From a virus, in the IMG/VR virus record IMGVR_UViG_3300010354_000047, positions 1-64,000 of that record: a DNA stretch of 64,000 bases; one strand, 5' to 3'. The position numbers were made by a program, and so were the translations under genes. The notes beneath the pieces were generated by a model. It did no database searches. It was not told the origin of the DNA and saw only the letters and a list, made by a program, of their open reading frames with translations. Positions 37,429 to 47,420 of the stretch are shown here, one piece after another (the first letter of the stretch is position 1; each line of letters opens with the position of its first letter).

Positions 37429-40400
37429 ATGGCAACTTTTTCATTCGGTACCGGAGTAGTCCCTGGAGCTCCTGGAACCTACATCAACGAAGTATCAGGC
37501 AATGTCTCCCTGGCAGGCATCGCCTCTTTTAACACAACCTACCTTCTTGTTGAAACTGAGGAAGACGTTCCAACTACGCGTTTTCCCTTCAATCGTCCTG
37601 TCCCCGTATCTTCCCTCGCAGACTATAAGGTTCTCGTTGGAGGAGTTCCTGAGTCTAGAATTCCCCTTCTGAGTTACAACTGCGTTAGCTCTTTCTTCTC
37701 GAATGCACAAGTCGGAGACCTTCGTGTTGTTCGCGTTGGCACTCCAAACCAGATTGTTGAAATCGAAATTATCCCTTCTGGTACCAAGTTCAACAACACG
37801 GGACTCCCCTCTTCTCTACAAGCTGGGGACATAGTTCATGTACAGTTGCTCCTCAACAACCTGAAACTCGTTTCAGGCGACGGAACCACTGGTTACACCG
37901 ATGATGGAGAATGGCTCGGAGTTCCTGTCACAATTCCCGTAGACTATATCTCGGGTGATGAAGTCAACAATCGTAAGATCTCCGCAGCGATTATTCAAGC
38001 GATCGCCACTGCAATCGAGACCAACCCGAGCGTCGCGAGTTCCGTTTATGTTCGAAGCTTTGGTCTTGTAAACGATCTGGACCCGACTTCAAACTCTCAG
38101 AACGGATACATCACTCTAGCCGCTACGACTTACGACGGAAACATTTCTGTCCTCCCTCAGCAACAAGAAGTCGGTGGCGCATACATCCTGATGCAAAATG
38201 CTTACGATATTGAGAATATCGTGGGTCTTTCAAACAATTTGGAAAGAGTCCCTCAGGACTACATCCAGTGCATCGATACTGCTTTTGATGGGCAAGTAAA
38301 CCAAGGGTACTTGATCGCACCAACCGCTTACGCCCAGTTTGACGCGGAAGGCAGAGAAAAGGTGGGTGCCGCTGCTGCTGCTCATTGTCAAAGCCCTGAC
38401 TTCAAATGGCTAGCTCTTGCAGATCCTGGCCCTTTCCTCGTCACAGACTTGAACAAGTACAAGGAATACACTCCTCACGAGCCTGCTGAAGATCTTGTAA
38501 CTGGTACCAAGTATTTGGTAGACAATGCCATCTACGAATGGACAGGAACTAGCGTTAATTACGACCGTCTAAAGCATCAGGGTCTTGTTCCTGGTTACGA
38601 TTCACAAGTTGCTGTTGAAACCTCTGTGGAAGCTGTAGCAGCAGACGAAAAAGTCGGACTTATTGACCTTGCCTCCTACGTTGTAAACTCGAACTCGCCA
38701 TTCGCAGAATTGGGTGTTTTCAATCTCGATTCTAATGTGACTTGGCCTGTTGACTACCAGATTCAGGAAGTTACCTTGAGTGCTAAGGGGGCTGATTTTT
38801 CTTCCTTCCCCGACACTGTATACTTTGTCGCTCCTCCGTACGACTCGGCTGTTTACGGCCCTTATCCTTCGGATGGAACCGACCAGTACGTATATATCGC
38901 TGAAACTGCTTCAGAAGCCGTTGCGATTCTGACCGAAGTTACAGCTCTTGGAGGAACTGCGAAAGCAATCGGAACCTCTACTCTTCCGACTGGGGCTCTC
39001 GATGTTGCCGCTCCTACAGGAAGTACGGCATCCGCGACTTACGTCACTCCACAATGGAATCTCCCTGTTGAGATCGAAGGTCAGTCCTCGAACCTGATTC
39101 GTAATCTCACTGGCGCTTCTGCCTACGTGAATACTCTTCACCTTCCTGGAACCCTTCAGGATCCAACGAACGAATATCGCTTGTCTTTTGTCAGCCGAAC
39201 TCTGTTTGATCCCTCCGTTGTTCTTTCCTCGAGCACAGAACCAGGATTCACAGGTGCGGCAGAATTTGCTGTAGTATCCCACAACTTGGTCGACGGGCAA
39301 AGAATCTTTTTCACTCAACCAATCAGTGGCAATGGGACAGCAATCTTTAAGGCAACTTCAAAGACCAACATTCAACCTTACTTTGTGAAGGTTATCAACA
39401 ACGATGCTTTCGTTCTCGCCACCTCAAGTTCGAATTATCTCTCCGGATCTTTCATTCCTTATCCGACTGGGATGGTTAGTATCTCCACTACACCAACTAT
39501 CCTATACAGCGCCATCAGCGGCGGAAACCTCACCTCGATCAATCTTTCTGAGTTGGGCACTGTTCCGTTCATTCGAGGAAGAAAATACGGAATGGCTACT
39601 GGAACTATTGCGAATGAAGCTGCTTCCTCAACTTCCTTCTCACCGAGTTCCGGAAACCCTGACATCTCGATCTACCTGAATTCAAGTTCTCTTGTTCTCG
39701 GTAAGGAAAGAATCTTCCCCTACGGAGAGACCACCCAGGCTAACTGGTTGCCCAAACTGGACTTGGTGAACCCAGGTTCAACAACTACGTCCGTTGAGAA
39801 CTTCCTTTGCACTCCAACCGTTAATCAGAGCTTTAGCACTGAGGCATACTTGGTTCCTGCAATCGAAGCCATCGATGGGGGTGAATACGATCCAACAGCG
39901 GGAACAGCAGGTGAGGTTATGAATCTGACCTCTTACACAACTGCGGTTGGACTTTCCGACCCAGAGGATAGCGCAAACGTTCAAGGTTATGTCACTGCAG
40001 GTCTCCTTACTGGAGTCTATTTTACCGTTGTTAACGGTTCGGGTTTTGCTCCGGATGGCACAACGGCTGTAGCAGAGGACGACAGAATTGCAGTTGTTAA
40101 CACGGGTTCAACGTTTGAATGGGTTGTTATTCCTCCCGCTGCTTCTGGTGGTGACATGAGCTCCGTTGCTCAAGTCTGCTATGGTTCCCAAGTCGAACTG
40201 ACTCTCACACAAGAGCAGACTCCCCCTGACAACCTCTGGAGATTCGAGACGATCACTTCTACCGAAATCATCGATGACGCACTTCGCGGAGTCGGATTCG
40301 GCGGAGAACCCCAAGCTAAGTTCATCGAAGCTGGTGTTGACAATGTGAACCGCCTCTACGAGGATAGCCAGCGCTACTTCAACGGATTCGGCTTCATTGC

Positions 40401-41064
40401 TTTCTACGGTCCTTACGTAGAGAATGCGTCAGGGCAGTTCATTCCTCCTTCCCCTTACGTGACTGGTGTTGCCACTCGCAGATATCGCGCAGAAGGCTTC
40501 CAGTTCCCACCGGCTGGAACGAAGTACCAACTCTCAGACGCTGTTGGAGTTCAAATCGGAATCAATTCCGCTCAGCAAAACCTGCTAAACCCGGACGGCT
40601 GCAACGCAGTGCGTTCCCTGCCCGGTTACCCAACCACGGCAGTGTTCATCTGGGGTGGTCGTACTCGGATCAACAAGGCAGTTGCAGAGCAAAGGAAGTT
40701 CCAATTTGTCAACACTCGCGTCATTCAGAACGTCGTATACGGTTCTCTGAGAAACGCTTTTGACAATCAGATCTTCTCTGTTGTCGACGGATTCGGAGTT
40801 GTCTTCAACCAGATCACTTCAATCGGTAACAGCGTTCTTAGCCAGCTTTATCTCGCGGGCGCTTTGTTCGGTCGTAGACCTTCAGATGCCTTCCAGATTA
40901 TCTGCGATGACCGAATCAACCAACCTGAGAACCTTGAGAACGGAATTGTTTACGTCAAAGTCTTTGACACTCCAGTTCCGACGCTTGAGCGTATCGAAGT
41001 TGACCTGATTCGTGTTTCGATTGGTCAAATGAACAAGGAGCTTGAGTCGCAAGGACTTAGCTGA
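37429..41064 (+). CDS. Tail sheath protein with large insertion
   Basis: PGTYINEV N-terminus; PPSPYVTG, PPAG, WGGRT, FVNTR, LFG....AFQIICD..IN, PVPTLERI C-terminus. Confidence 0.92.
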   Translation: MATFSFGTGVVPGAPGTYINEVSGNVSLAGIASFNTTYLLVETEEDVPTTRFPFNRPVPVSSLADYKVLVGGVPESRIPLLSYNCVSSFFSNAQVGDLRVVRVGTPNQIVEIEIIPSGTKFNNTGLPSSLQAGDIVHVQLLLNNLKLVSGDGTTGYTDDGEWLGVPVTIPVDYISGDEVNNRKISAAIIQAIATAIETNPSVASSVYVRSFGLVNDLDPTSNSQNGYITLAATTYDGNISVLPQQQEVGGAYILMQNAYDIENIVGLSNNLERVPQDYIQCIDTAFDGQVNQGYLIAPTAYAQFDAEGREKVGAAAAAHCQSPDFKWLALADPGPFLVTDLNKYKEYTPHEPAEDLVTGTKYLVDNAIYEWTGTSVNYDRLKHQGLVPGYDSQVAVETSVEAVAADEKVGLIDLASYVVNSNSPFAELGVFNLDSNVTWPVDYQIQEVTLSAKGADFSSFPDTVYFVAPPYDSAVYGPYPSDGTDQYVYIAETASEAVAILTEVTALGGTAKAIGTSTLPTGALDVAAPTGSTASATYVTPQWNLPVEIEGQSSNLIRNLTGASAYVNTLHLPGTLQDPTNEYRLSFVSRTLFDPSVVLSSSTEPGFTGAAEFAVVSHNLVDGQRIFFTQPISGNGTAIFKATSKTNIQPYFVKVINNDAFVLATSSSNYLSGSFIPYPTGMVSISTTPTILYSAISGGNLTSINLSELGTVPFIRGRKYGMATGTIANEAASSTSFSPSSGNPDISIYLNSSSLVLGKERIFPYGETTQANWLPKLDLVNPGSTTTSVENFLCTPTVNQSFSTEAYLVPAIEAIDGGEYDPTAGTAGEVMNLTSYTTAVGLSDPEDSANVQGYVTAGLLTGVYFTVVNGSGFAPDGTTAVAEDDRIAVVNTGSTFEWVVIPPAASGGDMSSVAQVCYGSQVELTLTQEQTPPDNLWRFETITSTEIIDDALRGVGFGGEPQAKFIEAGVDNVNRLYEDSQRYFNGFGFIAFYGPYVENASGQFIPPSPYVTGVATRRYRAEGFQFPPAGTKYQLSDAVGVQIGINSAQQNLLNPDGCNAVRSLPGYPTTAVFIWGGRTRINKAVAEQRKFQFVNTRVIQNVVYGSLRNAFDNQIFSVVDGFGVVFNQITSIGNSVLSQLYLAGALFGRRPSDAFQIICDDRINQPENLENGIVYVKVFDTPVPTLERIEVDLIRVSIGQMNKELESQGLS

Positions 41065-41076
41065 ATAAGGTGAATC

Positions 41077-41346
41077 ATGACAACCGAGATCAAACTACTT
41101 CTCCCTAACTCCCTCGTCGAGTCTTTGGCTCAAAAGGCGAAAAACCAGGGCGTCTCTCTCGAGGCGCTCTGCGCTTCCCTTCTTGAAGAAAAGAATGCTT
41201 TAACGGACCCGACAATTTATTCATCTTTAAGCAATCAAGATATAAAGCTCGAGATGAAAAAGATAATGAGCAGCGACTTAGGTAAAGAAGAGAAGAATCG
41301 ACGCATCAAAATTCTCGAACACCAAGTTTTACGGTTTATTCGATGA
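41077..41346 (+). CDS. Small ribbon-helix-helix-like protein
   Basis: IKLLLPNSL.E.L...A...GVSL..L. Confidence 0.55.
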   Translation: MTTEIKLLLPNSLVESLAQKAKNQGVSLEALCASLLEEKNALTDPTIYSSLSNQDIKLEMKKIMSSDLGKEEKNRRIKILEHQVLRFIR

Positions 41347-41720
41347 CAGCTCCTTATACACCTTCTCCATCTATTCGCGGATTGTCATACCCTCTTCGAA
41401 TTGAAAACGGCAATCTTGCGACCAGCAGCGATTACCAATCAAAGCAAGAAGAGATTCGAAGTGTGGTCGAAACGAGATTCTATGAGAGGGTTATGCGGGC
41501 TGACTATGGGGTAGGAGACCACACCCTTGAAGTGATAAACCCTGGGCAAATAAACTCAGAGTTTCAAAAGTCTATTCAGACTCATGTCGAAGGTTTAAGT
41601 TCTCTTGTTGTAAAAGGGGATTGGTTGACTGGAGGGGAAGAGGGAATATACCGTGTTTCGATCATCTACTCGGTTAACGGAATTCCTCAGCCTCCTCTCA
41701 ATTTCAGTCTCGCTAACTGA
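41343..41720 (+). CDS. Baseplate wedge protein, gp25/GPW-like
   Basis: GLSYPL, ETR..ERVMRADYG. Confidence 0.85.
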   Translation: MTAPYTPSPSIRGLSYPLRIENGNLATSSDYQSKQEEIRSVVETRFYERVMRADYGVGDHTLEVINPGQINSEFQKSIQTHVEGLSSLVVKGDWLTGGEEGIYRVSIIYSVNGIPQPPLNFSLAN

Positions 41721-41825
41721 GTACCAGGGTAAAACTTTCCATGACTGTGCTCCACTCTTTCAGTTTCGGAAACGATTTACTTTGGTAACATGAAACTATG
41801 TTTAAAAATGGCTGGGGAAAACTAA

Positions 41826-43394
41826 GTGGCACAAAGATTTAAGGTAGCACCTGTCCCCCAGGGAGAAGTTAGCCGTTATACTTCTAATCCATATGCCCTG
41901 AGCAGCATTTACATGTTTGGCTCCAGTTCCCCGTTTACGGGTTCTGGAAACAGCATTGTAAGACCGAGTGACGACCTTCTCATTCAGAAAGGCGGAAATA
42001 GAGCCCTCTCTGTATACCAAAGGTTGCTAAATGATGAGCAGGTTCAGAGCTGCTTCTCTAAATTAACCCAGGAGATCACTGCGAGACCCTGGTATGTTCA
42101 GGAATTTAGCGGAAAACCAGGAGACCTTGCGATTCGTGACTTTGTAGCTGAGACTCTTGAAGACTTGGGAATTGACGATCTATACAAAGGTTTGGCAGAG
42201 GCTTTAATCGTCGGCTACAGCGTTAGCGAGGTTATGTGGAAAAAGTCCAAGCGCGGAGTTATCCCCTACGACATTCGCATGAGGGACCAAAGAAGATTCA
42301 TCTTTCAGGAGTCTGAAGATTCTCAAACAGGTTTCACAATGCGCTGCCTAACCTTCAATCGCATGTTTGAGGGTATTGAGTTACCGGCGAGAAAGTTCAT
42401 TGTGAATCGCTACTGGACCCAACACAACGGGGACCCCTACGGAACGGCAATGGGAAGAATTCTGTACCCGTTGGTTAAGTTTCGCAGAAGAGCGCTTGAG
42501 TCTTACGTTTTGTACGGAGACCGTTACGCTACCCCGACAGTTGTTGCAACGGCGCCATTGAGTGCTTCAACAGCAGAAGTGGACTCCATTTACGAAAGAA
42601 TTACCAACTTATCCCAAGAGACGGGATTCATTTTGCCAGACGGATTCAAGCTCGACTTTATCAATCCTTCAGGAACCCCGGACGTTTTCAAGGGTTTAAT
42701 TGACTACCTAGATAAGGAAATCAGTTTACTTTTGTGCGGTGAAAATGAAGCCGGACAAGCTGAGTCCGGTTCTCGAGCTTCTTCCCAAGTCGCTAACGTA
42801 GTCCGAATTGTTAAAGCTTCAGAAATCTCCGAAGCTATTTCCCACCTACTTACGAGGACTCTGGTCCGTTGGATTGTCGATCTAAACTTTGGAATCGACG
42901 TGGCTGCTCCGACCTTGACTCGAGAATTCCGAATCGAAGAGTCTAACCTCACAGCTTCGGACCTGTCAATGCTCGATCAGTTGGGCTTCAAGCCGAGAAG
43001 AGAGTGGGTGGAGAGGCACTTCAGAATCGAACTCGAGAATGAAGTGGGATTTAACACCACAGAGGAAAGCCCTGAGGAAAACGAAAGCTACAATCCTGAG
43101 GAAGACCTTTACGCTTCCATTTTCGGAGATGAGGCCCCTTCAGAGGAGTTCCCGGAGGAAGAAGGTACTTCTTTGGAAGAAACTCCGGAGGAGTTTCCGG
43201 AAGAGCAAACCGCCGAGGAAGAAACTCCAGAGGGAGACGATGAAGATCTATTCGACTCCGTATTCGGTGATGTTGAAGATTCAGAGGAGGATGTTCCCGA
43301 GGTGGATGCTCCCGAGGAAGAGACCCCCGAAGTGGAGAACCCTGCAGAAAAAAGTGACGATAAGAAAGCCAGTAAGGGTAAAAATAAGTTATGA
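41826..43394 (+). CDS. Portal protein (Mu gp29/DUF935-like) with acidic tail
   Basis: GYSVSEVMW, PARKFI, DPYG..MGRILY, DRYATP. Confidence 0.88.
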   Translation: MAQRFKVAPVPQGEVSRYTSNPYALSSIYMFGSSSPFTGSGNSIVRPSDDLLIQKGGNRALSVYQRLLNDEQVQSCFSKLTQEITARPWYVQEFSGKPGDLAIRDFVAETLEDLGIDDLYKGLAEALIVGYSVSEVMWKKSKRGVIPYDIRMRDQRRFIFQESEDSQTGFTMRCLTFNRMFEGIELPARKFIVNRYWTQHNGDPYGTAMGRILYPLVKFRRRALESYVLYGDRYATPTVVATAPLSASTAEVDSIYERITNLSQETGFILPDGFKLDFINPSGTPDVFKGLIDYLDKEISLLLCGENEAGQAESGSRASSQVANVVRIVKASEISEAISHLLTRTLVRWIVDLNFGIDVAAPTLTREFRIEESNLTASDLSMLDQLGFKPRREWVERHFRIELENEVGFNTTEESPEENESYNPEEDLYASIFGDEAPSEEFPEEEGTSLEETPEEFPEEQTAEEETPEGDDEDLFDSVFGDVEDSEEDVPEVDAPEEETPEVENPAEKSDDKKASKGKNKL

Positions 43395-45979
43395 GTACTC
43401 CCAGTAACAAAGTGTTTACAAAACGTGTTCATATTTTTAAGGCAGGTCCTCAAATCTCTGCTCAAGGGGTAGAAAGAGAGTTCACTCCAGAAGACCTCCA
43501 ACAGGTTGTAGATTCTTACGACCCTAAAACCCACGAAGCTCCTTTAGTGATTGGGCATTCGGGGGATAATGATAGCGCACCATCTTTTGGATGGGTGAAG
43601 AAGTTTGTTCGGAAAGGTGAGGACCTTTACGCGGACGTCGATTTCACCGATGCAGCTAAAGATTTGGTGAAAGACGGCCACTACAGAAAAGTGTCTGTTT
43701 CATTTTATTCCCCTGAATCCCCTGTTAATCCTCATCAAGGCCACTGGAGTGCTCGTCACCTGGCCCTGTTAGGTGCTGCTCCACCCTCTGTAAAAGGTCT
43801 TGAAGCCTTCTCTTTCTCTGAGAAAGGAGTCTATGATTTTGCTACTACTTCTTCGATTGGTGAGATCTTTGACGAAGAACTCGGACCGACTCTTCTAATT
43901 GAGAGAAGCCCCTTAGAAATCTTGAAGGAAAAACTGCAAGAGGTCCGAGGGGACATGGACAACTCTCTCAAGGAACTAGAGGAAAACCAAGAAAATCAAT
44001 CCCAAGCAACTGCGGATGAAACAAGTCAACAATCAGCGGACGAAAAAACCGCACCCGAAAACCCTGCTCAACAATTTTCCGAAATGAAAAAGAAATTAGG
44101 GCGCGAAGGGGCCGAAGCCTCTGACTCCGCTCAGTCAATCGCAGACCTGGAAACTGAATTCCCAGAAGAAAAGTTTGAAGAAGGCGTCTCTCGCCGTGTG
44201 CGAAAGGGGGCCAACGGTCAAAAAGTTCAAGTCGTCGAACAAGTCTTCGAAGAAGACGATGAGATGTCTGAAGACCACAAAGAAATCCCCGAAGCCTTCA
44301 AAAAGAACATCGAAAAGATGAAGGCTAAAGCGAAAGGTGGACACAAAGCCGAAGCCGAAATGGAAGACGCAGACCACGGTGAACTTCCGCCAGCTCTTCG
44401 AAAGAACATGGAGAAGATGAAGGCAAAGAAGAAGATGCATGCGGAAGAGGAAGATGAGTCGGACGGAGAGTTCGCGGAAGTTTCCCACAAGACCGTGAGT
44501 AATCACAAACCTTCTTTCGGAAAGCATGCTCAAAAAGACGAAGAAGACCCAGCCGGACGTGGTAAAACTGGGCGTTCGACAAGCGACAGCTACGCTAATC
44601 GTCAGGCGGTTGGTGAGAGCGGAGAAGAAGATCGTGATACGATTGCCAAAAATGGCGAAGAAGACCTAGATCGTGTTCGAACTGCTAAAAGTGCTGAGGA
44701 AGACGCAGACCGCCTTAACACCGGTAAAGACTCCGAAGGTGACGACGACAGCGATGGCCGTTGGGCTGACCAGCCTGAAGGCAAGAGCCGCGCTCACAAC
44801 ATGGATCAATACGACGACGGAGAAGAAGGTCTTCCTCAAAGGAACAAACCCGGAGTCTCCGACGGAGATGAGCCAAGAGGTAGGGACGGAGGTCCAACTT
44901 CTTTCACGAGAAAGGTTGAAGAAGACCCTGATTCTGAGGACATTACGGTTCAACTCGAAAGCACAAAAGGAAACAAGGTTTCCCGAGTTCTTCACACGGC
45001 GTCTGGAGAAAAGAGGGCTCCTTTAAAGGGTGGCTCGATCTCCGACCATAGCGAAGAGTCTGACGGAGTCACAAGGAAGGCCAAAGAGGCAGCAATCTCT
45101 TCTGGTTCTGAGCCTCGCGGTCGGGATGATGGTCCAACCGAGTTCCCGGTTCGTTCCGAAGAAGACCCTGACGATATGGAACTGGCTGTCGATGTGGAAA
45201 GCATCGTTGACAATCCAAAAGTTCGAGTACTTCGCCAGAAGTCTGGAGATAAGGCGTCCGTTGACCACTCTGAAGAAGATATCTTAACCGATGACGACAT
45301 CGATGGGCTGATTGAGTCCATTCTTCAAGAGGTTTCCGAAGAAGACTTCGGTGAGAAAATGCCTTACACTAAGACGGGACTCGGTTCCACATATGGTTCC
45401 CGTAAGGCTAAACTCAAGTCCGAGGAAATGGATGAGGATGAGTACGAGGATGAAGAAGATGAGGAGGAGGATGAGGACGAAGAGTTCGCTGAAACTGAGT
45501 CCTTCTGCGGAACTGGTTCGATGGGCCAGTCTCGTTCCAAGGTCTATCCAGTGATGTTCGATGAGTTTCGCAAGCAACTCCACTCCCTTAAGAAGGAGAA
45601 TGAGAAACTCAGGAAGGAATACAAAGAGCACAAGGTTCGCAGCCGCAAAGAAAAAATTGCTGAGCAGGTGAACCAGTTGTATACCGAAGGTAAGATCACT
45701 GATGGTATTATTCCGCAAAGAGAGTTGCAGAACTACTGCGAAGGTCTCGAGTTCGGTACTCTCGAATTCTCCGAAGGGGAAACTCCTGCGTCCAAGCTGC
45801 TTCAACTCTTGGATCGCCTTCCGAACATGGTTTATTTCGGTGAAGTTGTTCAAGATGGCGTCTTTCAGGAAGATGACTTCGATCTAGATCCCCACACAAA
45901 AGCTCTCCGAATGGTTGAGAGCGGAGAGTGCTCAGACTACGTAGAAGCCATCAAACGCTGCATCGACTGGGGTTATTGA
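43391..45979 (+). CDS. Prohead protease/scaffold (Mu gpI-like); real start may be GTG 43412
   Basis: IFKAG, EAPLVIGH, FGWV, YRKVSVSFY, HLALLGAAPPSVKGL; long acidic scaffold. Confidence 0.88.
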   Translation: MSTPSNKVFTKRVHIFKAGPQISAQGVEREFTPEDLQQVVDSYDPKTHEAPLVIGHSGDNDSAPSFGWVKKFVRKGEDLYADVDFTDAAKDLVKDGHYRKVSVSFYSPESPVNPHQGHWSARHLALLGAAPPSVKGLEAFSFSEKGVYDFATTSSIGEIFDEELGPTLLIERSPLEILKEKLQEVRGDMDNSLKELEENQENQSQATADETSQQSADEKTAPENPAQQFSEMKKKLGREGAEASDSAQSIADLETEFPEEKFEEGVSRRVRKGANGQKVQVVEQVFEEDDEMSEDHKEIPEAFKKNIEKMKAKAKGGHKAEAEMEDADHGELPPALRKNMEKMKAKKKMHAEEEDESDGEFAEVSHKTVSNHKPSFGKHAQKDEEDPAGRGKTGRSTSDSYANRQAVGESGEEDRDTIAKNGEEDLDRVRTAKSAEEDADRLNTGKDSEGDDDSDGRWADQPEGKSRAHNMDQYDDGEEGLPQRNKPGVSDGDEPRGRDGGPTSFTRKVEEDPDSEDITVQLESTKGNKVSRVLHTASGEKRAPLKGGSISDHSEESDGVTRKAKEAAISSGSEPRGRDDGPTEFPVRSEEDPDDMELAVDVESIVDNPKVRVLRQKSGDKASVDHSEEDILTDDDIDGLIESILQEVSEEDFGEKMPYTKTGLGSTYGSRKAKLKSEEMDEDEYEDEEDEEEDEDEEFAETESFCGTGSMGQSRSKVYPVMFDEFRKQLHSLKKENEKLRKEYKEHKVRSRKEKIAEQVNQLYTEGKITDGIIPQRELQNYCEGLEFGTLEFSEGETPASKLLQLLDRLPNMVYFGEVVQDGVFQEDDFDLDPHTKALRMVESGECSDYVEAIKRCIDWGY

Positions 45980-46002
45980 GCGAGAACCCCTAGGGGAAGA
46001 TT

Positions 46003-46695
46003 ATGGACCTGCTAACTTTGGTAGGCCAAGTGACTAAAAAGAGAGGGGAATACTTCACTCAAGCGAAAAACTTGGCTCTGAAAGTAAAGACACTTGAAAA
46101 ACTCGAAGAGGTTATGAACTCTCGAGCGAAAACAATTGTGAAAGCCTTTCATGGTAAGGAAATTCGTTGGGAGGAGTATTTCCGATCTATAGTCGATGAG
46201 ACGATCACTTCTGCTCTCGCCTCAGTGTACCTTGGCGCAGGATCCTCTTCCCCTGAAAAAAAGCTCGAGCGAGCTTGGCCCGTGGTGACGGGAAAAATGC
46301 TTCCCCCACTTGTGGACTTTCTGAACCAGACAGAACAAGCCCTACAAAACGGGTCACTATTGGTCGGAGATACCACTGTGGAATTTCAAGAGCTTTTCGA
46401 GGAATCCCCTCAGGACTTTCTCGAGGGTTCTTTAATCTCTTGGCCAAGGGTTCTATCTCGTGTAGTTCGCTACCTTGCAAATCCCAGCTACTCTTTCTTT
46501 AGTCTCGGCGACTATTACGTTCGCCGAGAACAAGGCTACAAACAAATGAGGCGAGTTCCTGTTCAAGACAGGAGAACTTGCCCTGACTGCACTCGTTTTG
46601 GCAGATTGGGTTGGCAAACGATAGGAACTCTTCCGATGCCGGGCCAAGATTGCCGTTGCTACGATCAATGTCGCTGCCGAATCGAATATCGCTAG
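46003..46695 (+). CDS. Head morphogenesis (MuF-like) protein
   Basis: D.RTCPDC...LPMPG..C.C...CRCRIEY. Confidence 0.7.
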   Translation: MDLLTLVGQVTKKRGEYFTQAKNLALKVKTLEKLEEVMNSRAKTIVKAFHGKEIRWEEYFRSIVDETITSALASVYLGAGSSSPEKKLERAWPVVTGKMLPPLVDFLNQTEQALQNGSLLVGDTTVEFQELFEESPQDFLEGSLISWPRVLSRVVRYLANPSYSFFSLGDYYVRREQGYKQMRRVPVQDRRTCPDCTRFGRLGWQTIGTLPMPGQDCRCYDQCRCRIEYR

Positions 46696-46780
46696 TCCAC
46701 AGGGTAAAACCTTTCAACTTAACTCGGTAAAAAACAAGTCCGAGAGCAAACAACTTTTGAAGTCCTTCACACATACTAAC

Positions 46781-47254
46781 ATGTCCCTTAATATCGCACC
46801 CGTTTACGGTAAGCAGTTTATCCGCTACGCGGAAACCTGGGAAGCCGCAACCGACAACGAAGACGGTGATGTAGGAGTCGTTGAGATTCCTGAATTCGCC
46901 GTTGTTGCTTACGCAACCTACGCTGGCTCCAACAAAGTTTGCGCCCCTGGCGACCTCGATACTTTTGAAGGCGCTGTTGTTGGTGTAAACCAGGCTTACA
47001 TTCCGACCTCCTTGGCTCAGCCTTACACCGCTCGCCAAGCTTCCATTGCTACCAGCGGTTCCTTGATCGTTGAAGTCAGCGCCGATACCGTCGCTTCTTT
47101 CGCTCTCAACACACAACTCGCTGTTGGCCCGAACGGAAAGGCCCTCCCCGCCGCTGATGGTGGAATCGAGGTTACCGTTGACGGAACTACTCCTCTCATT
47201 CGTGAGATTGTTGAGATCGGTGGTCGCACCATCCTGATCGTTTCCTTCAACTGA
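46781..47254 (+). CDS. Head decoration/cement protein
   Basis: Small A/G/V-rich protein just upstream of MCP; G.L.VE...GKA. Confidence 0.65.
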   Translation: MSLNIAPVYGKQFIRYAETWEAATDNEDGDVGVVEIPEFAVVAYATYAGSNKVCAPGDLDTFEGAVVGVNQAYIPTSLAQPYTARQASIATSGSLIVEVSADTVASFALNTQLAVGPNGKALPAADGGIEVTVDGTTPLIREIVEIGGRTILIVSFN

Positions 47255-47278
47255 GCCTCTTCAGTTTTTCTCTCCCGA

Positions 47279-47304
47279 GAGCTTCGAAAGGGGCTCTTTT
47301 TTTT
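47279..47304 (+). terminator. Rho-independent terminator
   Basis: GAGCTTC-GAAA-GGGGCTC followed by T8. Confidence 0.8.
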
Positions 47305-47420
47305 GTGCGGCGGGGAAAAGTGGGGTATAACTTGGTAGCTTGCGAGTCGAATCTTTTCGAACGCAGGCCGAATTGCGAAAGCAATTCTTGAAGTCAACCT
47401 AGAAAAGGAAATCATTAATT

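Noticed and set aside
31224-41064. Inteins in the polymerase or sheath
   Set aside because: No C/S...HN-C/S/T splice motifs or LAGLIDADG blocks recognised.
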